A stretch of DNA of 64,000 nucleotides, taken from IMG/VR virus record IMGVR_UViG_3300032249_000861, positions 1 to 64,000 of that record; one strand, 5' to 3'. Shown piece after piece: positions 24,714 to 35,283 of this stretch. This DNA comes from a virus. The notes beneath the pieces were generated by a model. That model had not been told where the DNA came from, made no database searches, and saw only the letters and a program-made list of their open reading frames with translations. The first letter of the stretch is position 1. Each line of letters opens with the position of its first letter. The translations under genes and the position numbers were made by a program.

Positions 24714-27215
24714 ATGAAAAATAGCAAAATATTTATTAAAAATGGACAACCTTATGTTCTGCCAGTTCGCTTGGTAGATGGTGTTTGGGTGGGTTATGTT
24801 GATCACAATATATCAGCAGCAGTCACCGCACCGCCAGGAGCTAATTCTGCTAATTATAATTTTTGTGCTGATTGGGACTCTAGGACCATTGGGGGGAGTG
24901 GCGAACAATTTTTAAACGGTAATGTTACAACCGTTGGGACCAACGGCGGACCAAGTGCTTACGGAACATATGATCAAATTGGGCAAATCCGTGAGTGGAA
25001 TGATTCGGATAATATCACCATTCGTGTGACGCGGGGCGGCGGTTGGGACAGTAACGCGTTCTTATTGTCGTCCTCCGACGACGGCTTGTACCTTAACTCG
25101 CACGGTCAGGGCAATACTGCCGTCGGTTTTCGTATCGCCAGTTCCTTTTCTACTCCTAATCCTTTAGCTCTTTCTAACTTTGTGACTGTTGGTGATGTTA
25201 ACAACTCTGCTGATACTGGAGGAACTGTTGGAAGAGGTAGTGTAGGCTACAGTTATGCTATAGGAAAGTATCCTGTAACCAATAGTGAATACGTTGAATT
25301 TTTGAACGCTGTTGCTGCAACTGACTCGTATTTTCTTTACAATCCCAATATGGCAGATGCTAGGGGCGGTATCACACAATCAGGAAGTGGTGGAAGTTAC
25401 ACTTACTCAGTAAAAACCAATTACGGTAATAAGCCAGTAAGTTATGTAAGCTGGTATGATTGCGCAAGATACTGTAATTGGCTTCATAACAATAAACCGT
25501 CTGGAAGTCAGAATAGCAGCACAACAGAAAACGGAGCCTACACCTTGAGTGGGGCAACAACAGGAAACGCAGTATCTAAAAACGCTGGAGCAAAATACCA
25601 CATTCCTACAGAAGATGAATGGTATAAAGCCGCTTACTATAAAGGTGGCGGAACAAATGCTGGATATTGGAGCTATGCAACTCAAAGCGATACTGAACCA
25701 ACATGTGTTAATGCTGATAGCATAGGAGACGGTATCCCTACCCCTGCACCAACACCAACAGTCACACCAACACCAACAGCCACCCCAGCACAGGTTGAAT
25801 CATTGGAAACTTCTATTGGATCAAATATTGTACTTTCTATTCCTAAACAACAGCCTTCTGACATAGGAATATCTTTAAATTTTGACTCTGTCGTTGATTC
25901 CGGAGTAACTACGATAGTTACTATAAATCCAAACTTAAATACTCCGGATCTTCCAGCTAATTTCGTGGTTGGAGACTCTTTAGCATCTTTTTCAATAAAT
26001 TCGACTGCCAGCTTCTCTGGTGACGTGGTGCTTGATTTTTACCTTCCGGAAAGTATTTCGCAACAAATTTTTAATTCGTGTAGAATATTTAGGGTTTCAA
26101 ACGGACAAACCACGGACTCAACTGTACTTAATGGACCAAAAGCTCCAGATTTTAGCACAAAAAGAATATCAGCACTAGTGAATGGTTTTAGTGAATTCTA
26201 TGTTATACCAGAAACAATCGCTCCAACACCAACACCAACTCCAAGTTCTAGTTCAGTAGCAGTCACGCCCACACCAACTAATACGATTACACCAACAGCT
26301 ACACCAACACCAACGACCACACCAACGACCACACCAACCTCCACACTAACACAAACCCCTACTACTACTCCGACAACTACTATAACTAATACTCCTACTT
26401 CTAGTACTATACCAGCTACGCCCACTCCAACAGTAACGCCAACGCCAACCGCCACACCAGCTCCTCAATCGGTATTATCTGCCTCTGGATGGACGGGTAG
26501 CGGCACCAACTCTAGCCGACTGACCCCTCCCGGCAATTTTGATAATGCAACAATCTCTGTGGGCCAGACGGGGGTGCTGAATGTCAAATTCCACGTGTCT
26601 GGAAGCGAAGACACACAGGCCATTGTTTCTGTCAATGGGGTGTCGAGGCGAGGGGTTGCCAACTATGCCGATGGTGAAGTGCAAACCGTCGGCGTAATGT
26701 CTGGCGATACTGTCACGCTGAGTACGAACGACAATCGATATATTGATTGGTTCGCAGCGACCCGCGTTTGGATTGGCGATCTGCCAGCCAACAACTCCAT
26801 TACTTTCCCGTTTGGTATTGGAAGCCCCAACGGATACAGCCTTGCGGGTGCGGGAACCAGCGCAAGCCCATATTATTTCAACTTCGCCCGCAATGTTGAA
26901 AAGATTCCGATTATCTGGGTACGGGGAACGCAGCAGATAACTTTCCAATTTGGCGATCATCGCGGTGAAGAGGATAGCGAAGTAGTCGAAGCGATCTACT
27001 CATTCAGTTCCTTCCCCGACATCAACAAAAATCAATTCCCATCGCCCACGGGCGGGACGTTGATTGCCTCCGGTCGCAACACTACCGTCACTGTAACGGT
27101 GACAGACAAGTTCCTAGCGATGCGGCGGCGCAATGCCGAATGGGGGCCGTTTGTCGATTACTACCCGCAAGACTTTTTCAACGGCGGGCCGTCTGTAAGA
27201 TTTTTTGCATCTTAG
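24714..27215 (+). CDS. Adhesin-like protein: permuted FGE-sulfatase (C-type lectin fold) domain, PT linkers and a C-terminal beta domain
   Basis: YPVTNSEYVEFLN, PVSYVSWYDCARYCNWL, PTEDEWYKAA, RGGGW...GFRIA; (PT)n runs. Confidence 0.8.
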   Translation: MKNSKIFIKNGQPYVLPVRLVDGVWVGYVDHNISAAVTAPPGANSANYNFCADWDSRTIGGSGEQFLNGNVTTVGTNGGPSAYGTYDQIGQIREWNDSDNITIRVTRGGGWDSNAFLLSSSDDGLYLNSHGQGNTAVGFRIASSFSTPNPLALSNFVTVGDVNNSADTGGTVGRGSVGYSYAIGKYPVTNSEYVEFLNAVAATDSYFLYNPNMADARGGITQSGSGGSYTYSVKTNYGNKPVSYVSWYDCARYCNWLHNNKPSGSQNSSTTENGAYTLSGATTGNAVSKNAGAKYHIPTEDEWYKAAYYKGGGTNAGYWSYATQSDTEPTCVNADSIGDGIPTPAPTPTVTPTPTATPAQVESLETSIGSNIVLSIPKQQPSDIGISLNFDSVVDSGVTTIVTINPNLNTPDLPANFVVGDSLASFSINSTASFSGDVVLDFYLPESISQQIFNSCRIFRVSNGQTTDSTVLNGPKAPDFSTKRISALVNGFSEFYVIPETIAPTPTPTPSSSSVAVTPTPTNTITPTATPTPTTTPTTTPTSTLTQTPTTTPTTTITNTPTSSTIPATPTPTVTPTPTATPAPQSVLSASGWTGSGTNSSRLTPPGNFDNATISVGQTGVLNVKFHVSGSEDTQAIVSVNGVSRRGVANYADGEVQTVGVMSGDTVTLSTNDNRYIDWFAATRVWIGDLPANNSITFPFGIGSPNGYSLAGAGTSASPYYFNFARNVEKIPIIWVRGTQQITFQFGDHRGEEDSEVVEAIYSFSSFPDINKNQFPSPTGGTLIASGRNTTVTVTVTDKFLAMRRRNAEWGPFVDYYPQDFFNGGPSVRFFAS

Positions 27216-27340
27216 ATAATATATTAGAAAAGCTAAAATAAGGTCTTTAATAGCTAAATAGAGCAATACTATCTTGCCCACGGGTGTATTAACTATTATC
27301 ATACCGTATAGTATTCATAAAAATAGGACTATTTTCCAAG

Positions 27341-29443
27341 ATGGCTGTAAATGACCTTATTACATTTCGTAAAGGAATAGCATCAGAATGGATATCGGCT
27401 AATCCTGTTTTAGCTAGTGGTGAGCCAGGATATGATCTAACAAATAGTATTCTTAAGATAGGCAACGGTGTTTCTAATTGGGTAGCTCTTAGTGGAATAG
27501 GATCAACTAGTGTTGGAGGGTCATCATCTTCGTCTGTTGGAGTTAGAGGAGTTATCAATACAACAGGGGTATTGACCAGTTTCTCCGTATCAGGAGGCTA
27601 CCCTGTTGGATATTTAGACTTATTCCAAGATGGAGTTAAGCTAGTATCAAGTTTAGACTTTTCTGCAACAGACGGATCTAATGTTACTCTTAGCAACAGT
27701 GTACCATCTGGAACAGTTTTAGAATATTTAACTATGGCTTCTGGAGTTTCTTATTTAAACGGAATACTTCCTGGCTCATCAGGATCCCCGGCTATTAGTT
27801 CATCCAATGATTTAACAACTGGTTTTTATTTTCCAAGTTCTGGTAATATTTCAGTAGTTGGTAATTTAGGGATAGGAACATCATCACCCTCAAGCAAACT
27901 TCATGTAGTTGGTGATATTAATGCTACTAGTGGTAATTTTAGTCAGAATCTAAAAGTTAATAATGTTAATGTTAGCGTTAGTGGCCATAATCATATTATT
28001 AATGATATTTCCGGATTACAGACCGCTTTAGATAGTAAGCAAGCTTCTGGAAGCTATGCAGCCAACTCCCATACTCACTCATCTTCAAACATAACTGATT
28101 TTAATAGTAGCGTTAGCGGTTTATTACCAATTACTAATATAGTTGCTGGAAATGGAATTAATGTTGCCATTAGTGGAACAACAGCTATTGTAACTAACAA
28201 TGATACTAGGTGGAATTTGTTTCTGCCAGCCGCACCGACCAACCTCTCTGTGACCAGAGGTAATGGTAAGGCATCGCTGTCATGGACAGCACCTACTGGA
28301 GTGATCGTTCAGGCACCGATTACGGATTACCGCGAGCAATACAGCGACAATAATGGATCAACATGGACGATGTTTTCGTCGGCCTCTTCTGTCGCAACAA
28401 GTGGAACGATCACAGGACTGACCAACGGGACAGCATATGTATTTCGCGTTGCAGCAGTGAACGACATAGGTCTCGGTGCTTATACTGCGGCAAGTAGCAG
28501 CGTTACACCAATAGTCGGAACCCCACCCAATGCGCCAACTAATTTGACTATAACCCCAGGTCAGACACAAGCCTCACTCACGTGGACTGCTCCGTCTGCA
28601 CCCGGTACTTATGCGATCACAGGCTATACAGTGGAATACACACCGTCTGGAGGCTCCGCTCAGACTATCAATACTAGCAGCACATCAACTACCTATACGT
28701 TGACAGGACTGACCAACGGCATCTCTTATGCTGTGAGAGTAGCGGCGGTGAGTGACTCGGGCACAGGGACGTATACAGCAAGCAACAATGTGACGCCCAG
28801 TTCAATGGCTGTGGTGACAGGTGGCACCGTTACGACTCCTGGCGATGGCTACACATATCGAACATTCACCAGCAGCGGTACTCTTGGCATTTCCGGCTCC
28901 TCTCTGACCGCAGACGTTCTTGTGGTTGGCGGTGGCGGGGGTGGCGGCAAAGCCGGTGGCGGAGGTGGTGGCGTTCTGTATCAAACCGGCCAGACTCTTA
29001 ATGCTGGGTCTTATGTTGTAACAGTTGCTGATAGTGTCAATCCCAGTGCAAATGCTGGATCATCGTCATTGGGCGCGTCATACACTGCAACAGGCGGTGC
29101 AGGCGGCGTAAATAACTGGGTAACTGGTGGAACGTCTGGCTTTCCTACCTCAACGTCAAATACTACTGGAAATGCCGGAGGCGCCGGGGCCACTGGTTCC
29201 TGTGACTATACTGGCGGAGGTGGCGGTGGTGCGGGCGGAGCAGGTTCAACGCCGCCGTGTGACGTGCAGTTTGCTGGTGGCGGTGCTGGTAGGCTTGTCT
29301 TCGGCAATACTTATGGTGAGGGTGGCGGTGGCGTTGACCAGAGTGGGGGAACAAACGCCCCAGCGAATATTGGCAGAGGCGGGTCCGGCACCAACTCTCG
29401 CGGAGGTTCTGGTATTGTTATAATCAGATACATTGTTGCATAA
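27341..29443 (+). CDS. Fibre protein: Mtd-N-like N-terminus, two FN3 domains, Gly-rich C-terminal domain
   Basis: NPVLASGEPGYD...KIGNG; PAAPTNL...LSWTAP...GLTNGTAYVFRVAAVN twice; VLVVGGGGGGG...GGSGIVIIRY. Confidence 0.8.
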   Translation: MAVNDLITFRKGIASEWISANPVLASGEPGYDLTNSILKIGNGVSNWVALSGIGSTSVGGSSSSSVGVRGVINTTGVLTSFSVSGGYPVGYLDLFQDGVKLVSSLDFSATDGSNVTLSNSVPSGTVLEYLTMASGVSYLNGILPGSSGSPAISSSNDLTTGFYFPSSGNISVVGNLGIGTSSPSSKLHVVGDINATSGNFSQNLKVNNVNVSVSGHNHIINDISGLQTALDSKQASGSYAANSHTHSSSNITDFNSSVSGLLPITNIVAGNGINVAISGTTAIVTNNDTRWNLFLPAAPTNLSVTRGNGKASLSWTAPTGVIVQAPITDYREQYSDNNGSTWTMFSSASSVATSGTITGLTNGTAYVFRVAAVNDIGLGAYTAASSSVTPIVGTPPNAPTNLTITPGQTQASLTWTAPSAPGTYAITGYTVEYTPSGGSAQTINTSSTSTTYTLTGLTNGISYAVRVAAVSDSGTGTYTASNNVTPSSMAVVTGGTVTTPGDGYTYRTFTSSGTLGISGSSLTADVLVVGGGGGGGKAGGGGGGVLYQTGQTLNAGSYVVTVADSVNPSANAGSSSLGASYTATGGAGGVNNWVTGGTSGFPTSTSNTTGNAGGAGATGSCDYTGGGGGGAGGAGSTPPCDVQFAGGGAGRLVFGNTYGEGGGGVDQSGGTNAPANIGRGGSGTNSRGGSGIVIIRYIVA

Positions 29444-29482
29444 AGCATCTCAAAATTTATACTTTAACAACCAACACATAAA

Positions 29483-29683
29483 ATGACAAAAGCATACGAT
29501 AATTCAATACTAGCACAAAACATAAACGTTAGTGGAGTTAATACTAATGTTAGTGGGCCATTAACTGCTCCTAGCGGATCATTTACTAATAATCTTACAG
29601 TTGGTTCTAATAATTTGACACCAACCAATACTCTCAATATAATAAATAGTAGTAATCTTTACTTGTGGTCTAATTTCATATAG
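29483..29683 (+). CDS. Small fibre-associated protein
   Basis: ORF track; lies in the fibre cluster. Confidence 0.5.
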   Translation: MTKAYDNSILAQNINVSGVNTNVSGPLTAPSGSFTNNLTVGSNNLTPTNTLNIINSSNLYLWSNFI

Positions 29684-29692
29684 GAGAATATC

Positions 29693-30076
29693 ATGGCAGC
29701 TAGTCCAGTTTTTGCGGTAACGCCCAGAATAGGTGCTGTTTCTATAGCAACAGCAGAAGCTAGTTATACAGCACCAACCAATTTTGGAACATTAATAACA
29801 GGAGCAGCGACAGGAACACGAATAGCAGAAATAATAGTAAAGATGGCGGCAACGAGTGCTGCTGCTATTGTTAGAATATTTTTATATGATGGATCAACAT
29901 ATTGGTTATTTGATGAAATTACTATAGCTGCTGCTACTGGTAGTTCAACCGTTCAACAAACCAGAGTATCTACAACTTATAATAATTTAATTCTGCCTAG
30001 CGCTTCTTGGTCAGTTAGAGTAACAACCTCAGTATCTCAAGCTACACACGTAACAGCTTTAGGAGCAGATTTATAA
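29693..30076 (+). CDS. Virion/fibre-associated protein
   Basis: AGGAG RBS; beta-rich, 127 aa. Confidence 0.65.
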   Translation: MAASPVFAVTPRIGAVSIATAEASYTAPTNFGTLITGAATGTRIAEIIVKMAATSAAAIVRIFLYDGSTYWLFDEITIAAATGSSTVQQTRVSTTYNNLILPSASWSVRVTTSVSQATHVTALGADL

Positions 30077-30945
30077 TGAATCAAGGTATTTATTCTATTG
30101 GAAATGCAGCAATTGCCTCAGTACCATATGGGGTTAATGGTGTCACTGCACCCACTAGCGTTAGAGTACTTGTTGTGGGTGGTGGTGGCTCTGGTGGCTC
30201 TGGTGGGGCAACAGCAACTATTGGAGCAGGAGCCGGTGGCGGTGCGGTCGTAGAGCAGACAGTAACTATAGCTTTAAACTCTGCTATTTCTGTTACTGTT
30301 GGTGCTGGTGGTGCCGGATCTGTTACCAATGGTATTAGAAGTAGTTTTGGAGTTGCTAGTAAATTTGATAGCGTTACAGCAATTGGTGGAGGTTCTGGTG
30401 GAATACAAGATTCTAACGGAACTTTTGCGTCATATGTGCGATCTGGTGGTAATGGTGCTAATGGTGGTGGACGTTCGTATCTCGTAGGATCGTTTGATGT
30501 CGCTGGTGCATCTGTGACAGGCTCCGGTTTCGCTGGCAGAGTAGGTGACGGTTTTAATCCTGGTGGTGGTGGCGGTTCAGGAGGTCTCGGTACCACAGGA
30601 GGACTTGGAGGTGCCGGAAAAGTATCAACTATTACTGGATTAACTTATGGAGGTGGTGGCGGTGGTGGTCGTAGTGGTTCTGCTGGTGGAACAGGTGGAG
30701 GAGGTTCTGGCGGTGCTTCTGGCGTAGCAGCCGTGGCAGGAACAGCTAATACAGGAGGTGGCGGAGGTGGAGCGTTTGCAGCTTCTACTGCTACCGGTAC
30801 TGGCGGAAGCGGAGTCGTTGTTATTCGATGCTCTTCTGGCTTGAATATTAGATTAGGAATAGGTTTAACTTATACAGTTTCCACAATTAGTGGAGATCGT
30901 TTAATTACAATTACGGCTGGTACAGACACTGTTACTTTTTTCTAA
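30076..30945 (+). CDS. Glycine-rich fibre domain protein
   Basis: VLVVGGGGSGG...ANTGGGGGG...GGSGVVVIR; same family as the C-terminus of 27341..29443. Confidence 0.75.
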   Translation: MNQGIYSIGNAAIASVPYGVNGVTAPTSVRVLVVGGGGSGGSGGATATIGAGAGGGAVVEQTVTIALNSAISVTVGAGGAGSVTNGIRSSFGVASKFDSVTAIGGGSGGIQDSNGTFASYVRSGGNGANGGGRSYLVGSFDVAGASVTGSGFAGRVGDGFNPGGGGGSGGLGTTGGLGGAGKVSTITGLTYGGGGGGGRSGSAGGTGGGGSGGASGVAAVAGTANTGGGGGGAFAASTATGTGGSGVVVIRCSSGLNIRLGIGLTYTVSTISGDRLITITAGTDTVTFF

Positions 30946-30956
30946 AGGACTATTAT

Positions 30957-31271
30957 ATGGCTCATTATGCATTTTTAGACGAAAACAATATGGTAACAGA
31001 AGTTATAGTTGGCAAGAACGAAGACGAAAATAATATCGACTGGGAAACTTATTATGGAGAATTTAGGGGACAAATCTGTAAACGAACATCATATAATACA
31101 GTGGGTGGGATTCATAACAGTGGTGGAGTTCCATACCGAAAAAATTATGCTGGCGTAGGATACTCTTTTCGTGACGATATTAATGTTCCAGAAGGAGCTT
31201 TTGTTCCACCATGTCCCGGTGACGAATATGTTTTAGATGAGATTACTGGATTATGGGTAGTTCCAAATTAG
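30957..31271 (+). CDS. Fibre-associated/assembly protein
   Basis: MAHYAFLDENN-x-VTEVIVG...RTSYNT...RKNYAG, a type that commonly follows Gly-rich fibre genes. Confidence 0.65.
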   Translation: MAHYAFLDENNMVTEVIVGKNEDENNIDWETYYGEFRGQICKRTSYNTVGGIHNSGGVPYRKNYAGVGYSFRDDINVPEGAFVPPCPGDEYVLDEITGLWVVPN

Positions 31272-31353
31272 CCCTTTAATTTTAAATTCCATACCCTCCA
31301 CTATAAGGTGTATTAAAGACTAGACACCTATATCTATATAAAAGGGTTAAATT

Positions 31354-31863
31354 ATGAGTTGGAATATTGAAATTCCTATTATTGTTAGGACACTAATTAA
31401 TGACTTAGATGATAGTCCAACATATAGTGACGAAAGAATACTCCAAGTAATAGCTGTTGCAGCAAAATATGTGCAATTTGATATTGTTTTAGATACTACC
31501 TATGTTATAGATGTGGTTAATACAAATATTGCTCCAGATCCCACAATTAATAACGACAGTATTTTTATAAGCTTGGTTGGATTAAAAGCAGCGTGCATTA
31601 TTGACCAAAGTACTCTCAGAAGCAAAGCGGCCCTGGAAGGCATTAGAGCTGCTCTAGGCCCCGCACAATTAAGTGTTGCTGGAAGTTTAGCTGGATTTAA
31701 TTTGATCTTGGATAAAGGCCCATGCGCTGCATATGAAGAGCTAGTATCTCATTGGGATGTTAGAGAAGCAACAGCCGTTAGGGCCATTCTTAGTCCGTTT
31801 GTTGGCAATAAATTTGATCCTCGTTCTCTTTATTCAGATAACCGTGGTCGAGACATGATATAG
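31354..31863 (+). CDS. Probable head-tail adaptor
   Basis: IVRTLIND..YSDERI pattern; synteny. Confidence 0.55.
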   Translation: MSWNIEIPIIVRTLINDLDDSPTYSDERILQVIAVAAKYVQFDIVLDTTYVIDVVNTNIAPDPTINNDSIFISLVGLKAACIIDQSTLRSKAALEGIRAALGPAQLSVAGSLAGFNLILDKGPCAAYEELVSHWDVREATAVRAILSPFVGNKFDPRSLYSDNRGRDMI

Positions 31864-31873
31864 AAAGAGTACT

Positions 31874-32881
31874 ATGCCAGCTGCTAATTATAATTTTATT
31901 ATAGAACAAGGTTCTGATTTTATATTAAATTTTCAATATAATGATCAAGACAGAAATTCTATTGACCTTAGTTCTAAATGTATTGTTCTACAATGGGTAA
32001 CTGATGATGGAACTACCAAGCGAGTATTTTCTAGTGGAGCAAATGCTAATTACAATATTAATGATTGGTCTATCGTTGGAGATAATAGGGGATTAATTAG
32101 ATTTAGAATAGCTGCCAACCTCACTAAAGCTTTCACTTTTAATACTGCTGTTTATGATTTAGATATTATTTCTCCAGGAGATAGATTAAGAAGTATAAGG
32201 CTTTCTACTGGAATTATTACTTTAGCAAAAAGAAATACTGAATTATTAGACACTTGCCCATCTGATGTTGATTCTAATATAGACCTAGTAACTCCAACAT
32301 TAACCGCTCCAGGTACAACCCCCGGAATCACCCCTACTGTAACAGTAACCTCTGGTCAGGTTGAAGATCTCTGTTTGCCAGAAGACTGTTTAAATCTAGA
32401 TATATATTCAGTAGTATACACTGGGAATAGATTAAATCTGCCTGATCTATCAACAGTTAGCGGTTCTGTTACAACAACTGACACTAGATTAATAGAAAAT
32501 ATAGAAGTGGCAATAAACAAACTTCAACATAACAGCCCATCTGATCTATGGTTCATATTAAGTCCTCCATCTGGAAATAAAATTCTATTATCTGCCAATA
32601 GTAAAATACCAGCATTCAATAATAATTTTAGTTTTATGTTTTCTAATAAAGCCAAGCCTTCTGATTATTTACATAATATATCTAATGGTGGATTGTCTAA
32701 TATATATAATAAAACAAATATTATAAACTATAGTAATGAAACACTAACTTCTGGGTTTGGTCATTTGCTTGGAGCTTCTGTTACAGGAAACTGGAATCTT
32801 GTGGTTAAGGACACTGATCCGATAGGATCAGGATTAATTGACTCCTGGAAACTAATAATAACATACGCACCACGAGAGTAA
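31874..32881 (+). CDS. Virion protein: IEQGS domain + proprotein-convertase P domain
   Basis: LQHNSPSDLWFILSPPSG...GNWNLVVKD...GLIDSWKL. Confidence 0.7.
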   Translation: MPAANYNFIIEQGSDFILNFQYNDQDRNSIDLSSKCIVLQWVTDDGTTKRVFSSGANANYNINDWSIVGDNRGLIRFRIAANLTKAFTFNTAVYDLDIISPGDRLRSIRLSTGIITLAKRNTELLDTCPSDVDSNIDLVTPTLTAPGTTPGITPTVTVTSGQVEDLCLPEDCLNLDIYSVVYTGNRLNLPDLSTVSGSVTTTDTRLIENIEVAINKLQHNSPSDLWFILSPPSGNKILLSANSKIPAFNNNFSFMFSNKAKPSDYLHNISNGGLSNIYNKTNIINYSNETLTSGFGHLLGASVTGNWNLVVKDTDPIGSGLIDSWKLIITYAPRE

Positions 32882-32885
32882 TACA

Positions 32886-33095
32886 ATGATATTGTTTTCA
32901 GAATTTAAATCCGGATCAAATGTAACAATAACTACTCCTAGTAGAGTACTATTCTCTGTTCCTGGCTTCGGAGGGAATGGTGAGCAAATTGTAACAATAA
33001 ACAATGAAATAATTTCATATTCAGCAAATCTATTTAATTCTGGATCCGAAATAAGAGAAGAATCCCCATTAGTTTATGGTATTATATCATCATGA
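32886..33095 (+). CDS. Hypothetical protein
   Basis: ORF track; coupled to the next gene. Confidence 0.5.
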   Translation: MILFSEFKSGSNVTITTPSRVLFSVPGFGGNGEQIVTINNEIISYSANLFNSGSEIREESPLVYGIISS

Positions 33096-33625
33096 GCAAT
33101 AATCCATATATCAATATAATTTCTCCAGAACTCAAAGCAGTATTCAATAACGCAATAGATGCACTACTGCAACAAAACGCACTAACTGTTCAGTGTCGAT
33201 TAAGATACTCTGGACAACAAAACTCAAAATTCTGTTCAAATTGTATTTTTGATGCTATATCTCAGCTATCTTCAAACATTTATAATGGAACAGGATCTAA
33301 TCCATTTTCAGAAGGATCAATTTGTCCAGTATGTATGGGTATGGGCATGATGCTTAGTGACAGTTCTGAGATTGTTTCTTTAGCTTGTATTTTTGATAGT
33401 AAATACTTTGTAAATTATTCTTCTAAAACAATCAATATTCCAGCCGGAACAATTCAAACAATTTGTCATTCTTCTCTTCTTCCTAAAATCCGTAATGCTA
33501 ATGATGTTGTTGTAGATACAACTCTTGAACAATACGGTAATTATATTTATCAAAGGGCTGGAGATCCAGAACCAATAGGATTCGGAGACAACAGATATAT
33601 AGCAACAATATGGAGTAGAAAATGA
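33092..33625 (+). CDS. Probable head-closure/neck protein with a Zn ribbon
   Basis: CSNC...CPVCMGMG; synteny. Confidence 0.55.
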   Translation: MSNNPYINIISPELKAVFNNAIDALLQQNALTVQCRLRYSGQQNSKFCSNCIFDAISQLSSNIYNGTGSNPFSEGSICPVCMGMGMMLSDSSEIVSLACIFDSKYFVNYSSKTINIPAGTIQTICHSSLLPKIRNANDVVVDTTLEQYGNYIYQRAGDPEPIGFGDNRYIATIWSRK

Positions 33626-34263
33626 AATTTGATATTACCATATTAGAAAGTAACAGCCAAATCGCCTCTGCTATTATCCATAGCATAAAAGATGTTATTA
33701 GTGGAGCTATTAAAAAGTCTATGAATAAAATTATAGATGGTGCCAAAGAGATTATATCAGAATCTTTAAGACAAGAACCAGAGTATGGATCTTTGATGTC
33801 TGGTAAGTTGAAAGCAGACTTTGGTATACCTAATTCCTCTGTTGTTCAAAGAGTGGTAGATGCTTTGGTTAATACCGTAATTATGACTGATATGCCTATT
33901 ACCGCAAATAAGAATGGATTGCACGGAGGATTCGTTCTTACAATGATGAAGTCTAGTGATCTTAATGGTGTTATATATCAAGATATCGCTAGTGTATCAG
34001 ATGTTAAAGGCTATACGTTACCGTGGCTAGAATGGCTATTATTACAAAATAATTCTCCAATAATTAAAAACTATGAAGTTAAATACGGTCCGTCTCCATA
34101 CTCTAGATCTGGTTTAGGAATTATGGTTCCATCAGATAGTGACTGGAGAGTTCCTCCGGAATTTGCAGGATCACAAGATAATAACTGGACTACTAGAGCT
34201 GTTGATCGTTCAGAAACCCAAATATATAAACTTATCCAACAGGCTATTGAAAAAAATATATGA
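33622..34263 (+). CDS. Probable neck/tail-completion protein
   Basis: LPWLEWLL motif; synteny. Confidence 0.5.
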   Translation: MKFDITILESNSQIASAIIHSIKDVISGAIKKSMNKIIDGAKEIISESLRQEPEYGSLMSGKLKADFGIPNSSVVQRVVDALVNTVIMTDMPITANKNGLHGGFVLTMMKSSDLNGVIYQDIASVSDVKGYTLPWLEWLLLQNNSPIIKNYEVKYGPSPYSRSGLGIMVPSDSDWRVPPEFAGSQDNNWTTRAVDRSETQIYKLIQQAIEKNI

Positions 34264-35249
34264 CAACACAGTTTAACCATGTAGAATCAATAGGTAAAAA
34301 AGACAGATTATCAGGATTAGAAGATAATCTTAAAAGCTTTTTAGACTGGTCATTTTTACAAATTGGTGGATTCGTTAATGTGAATATTCCGACCTCTGGT
34401 ATTGAGACTACTAAAGGTACGGGATTTCATATTATGAAATGTGTTAACGAACCATCAAAGCCATCAAAAACCTGGGAAGCTCCAAGAAAAGACTGGGTTT
34501 ACGAAAACAATAGTCTGCTAAACAATCCAGCATCAATATCATATAATCCATATGGCTCTGTAGCTTCGGGACTAAAAACATCTCCAATATCTTTTTCTGG
34601 AGTTCATCTCAATAATACTTTTTTACCAGCTCCATCAGGTAGCGGCAACTATACATATTCTGTTAATTATCCATTAGGACATATTGTTTTTAATAATAAT
34701 GTAGCGCCCACTAGTACAGTATCAGTATCGTATAGTCACAGATATATTCAAGTATATAAAGCTAGTGATTCAGTATGGTGGAAAGAAATCCAAAAAGAGA
34801 CTTATACTCCACAAATTAAAACCAATGGCGACTACAGTATAACTTCAAATCATAGAGCCCAGCTACCCTGTATAATTGTTGAATTAATTCCTCGTACTGA
34901 GATGATACCATACCAGTTAGGAACAACTGAAAACATTGTTATTCAAGATGTATTCCTACATATTTTTGCTCAAACGGCCAATCAAAGAAATAATATAATA
35001 GATACTTTATTACTTCAAAAAGATAATAGCTTTTGGTTATACGATGTTAGTGCAGTAATAAAAAATAATGCCTACTTGCTAAGTCGTAACGGAGATATTA
35101 ATATTGGTGGACAGAACTATAATACTCTAGTTTCCAACTTTAAGGATCATTGGAGTACTATTAAGAATGCTACTCTCAGTGAATTAAATAATATGAGTGC
35201 TAGTTTATACAATGGCATAGTGAGATGGTCAATAGAAATTTTTCCATAA
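34260..35249 (+). CDS. Probable tail terminator protein
   Basis: QLPCIIVE...PYQLG...DVFLHIFA; upstream of the tube genes. Confidence 0.55.
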   Translation: MTTQFNHVESIGKKDRLSGLEDNLKSFLDWSFLQIGGFVNVNIPTSGIETTKGTGFHIMKCVNEPSKPSKTWEAPRKDWVYENNSLLNNPASISYNPYGSVASGLKTSPISFSGVHLNNTFLPAPSGSGNYTYSVNYPLGHIVFNNNVAPTSTVSVSYSHRYIQVYKASDSVWWKEIQKETYTPQIKTNGDYSITSNHRAQLPCIIVELIPRTEMIPYQLGTTENIVIQDVFLHIFAQTANQRNNIIDTLLLQKDNSFWLYDVSAVIKNNAYLLSRNGDINIGGQNYNTLVSNFKDHWSTIKNATLSELNNMSASLYNGIVRWSIEIFP

Positions 35250-35283
35250 CAGACAATTTATTTAGGACAAGATAGGAAACAGT

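Noticed and set aside
26215-26465. ACACCAAC-type tandem repeats as a DNA-level element
   Set aside because: Fully explained by the Pro/Thr linker coding sequence.
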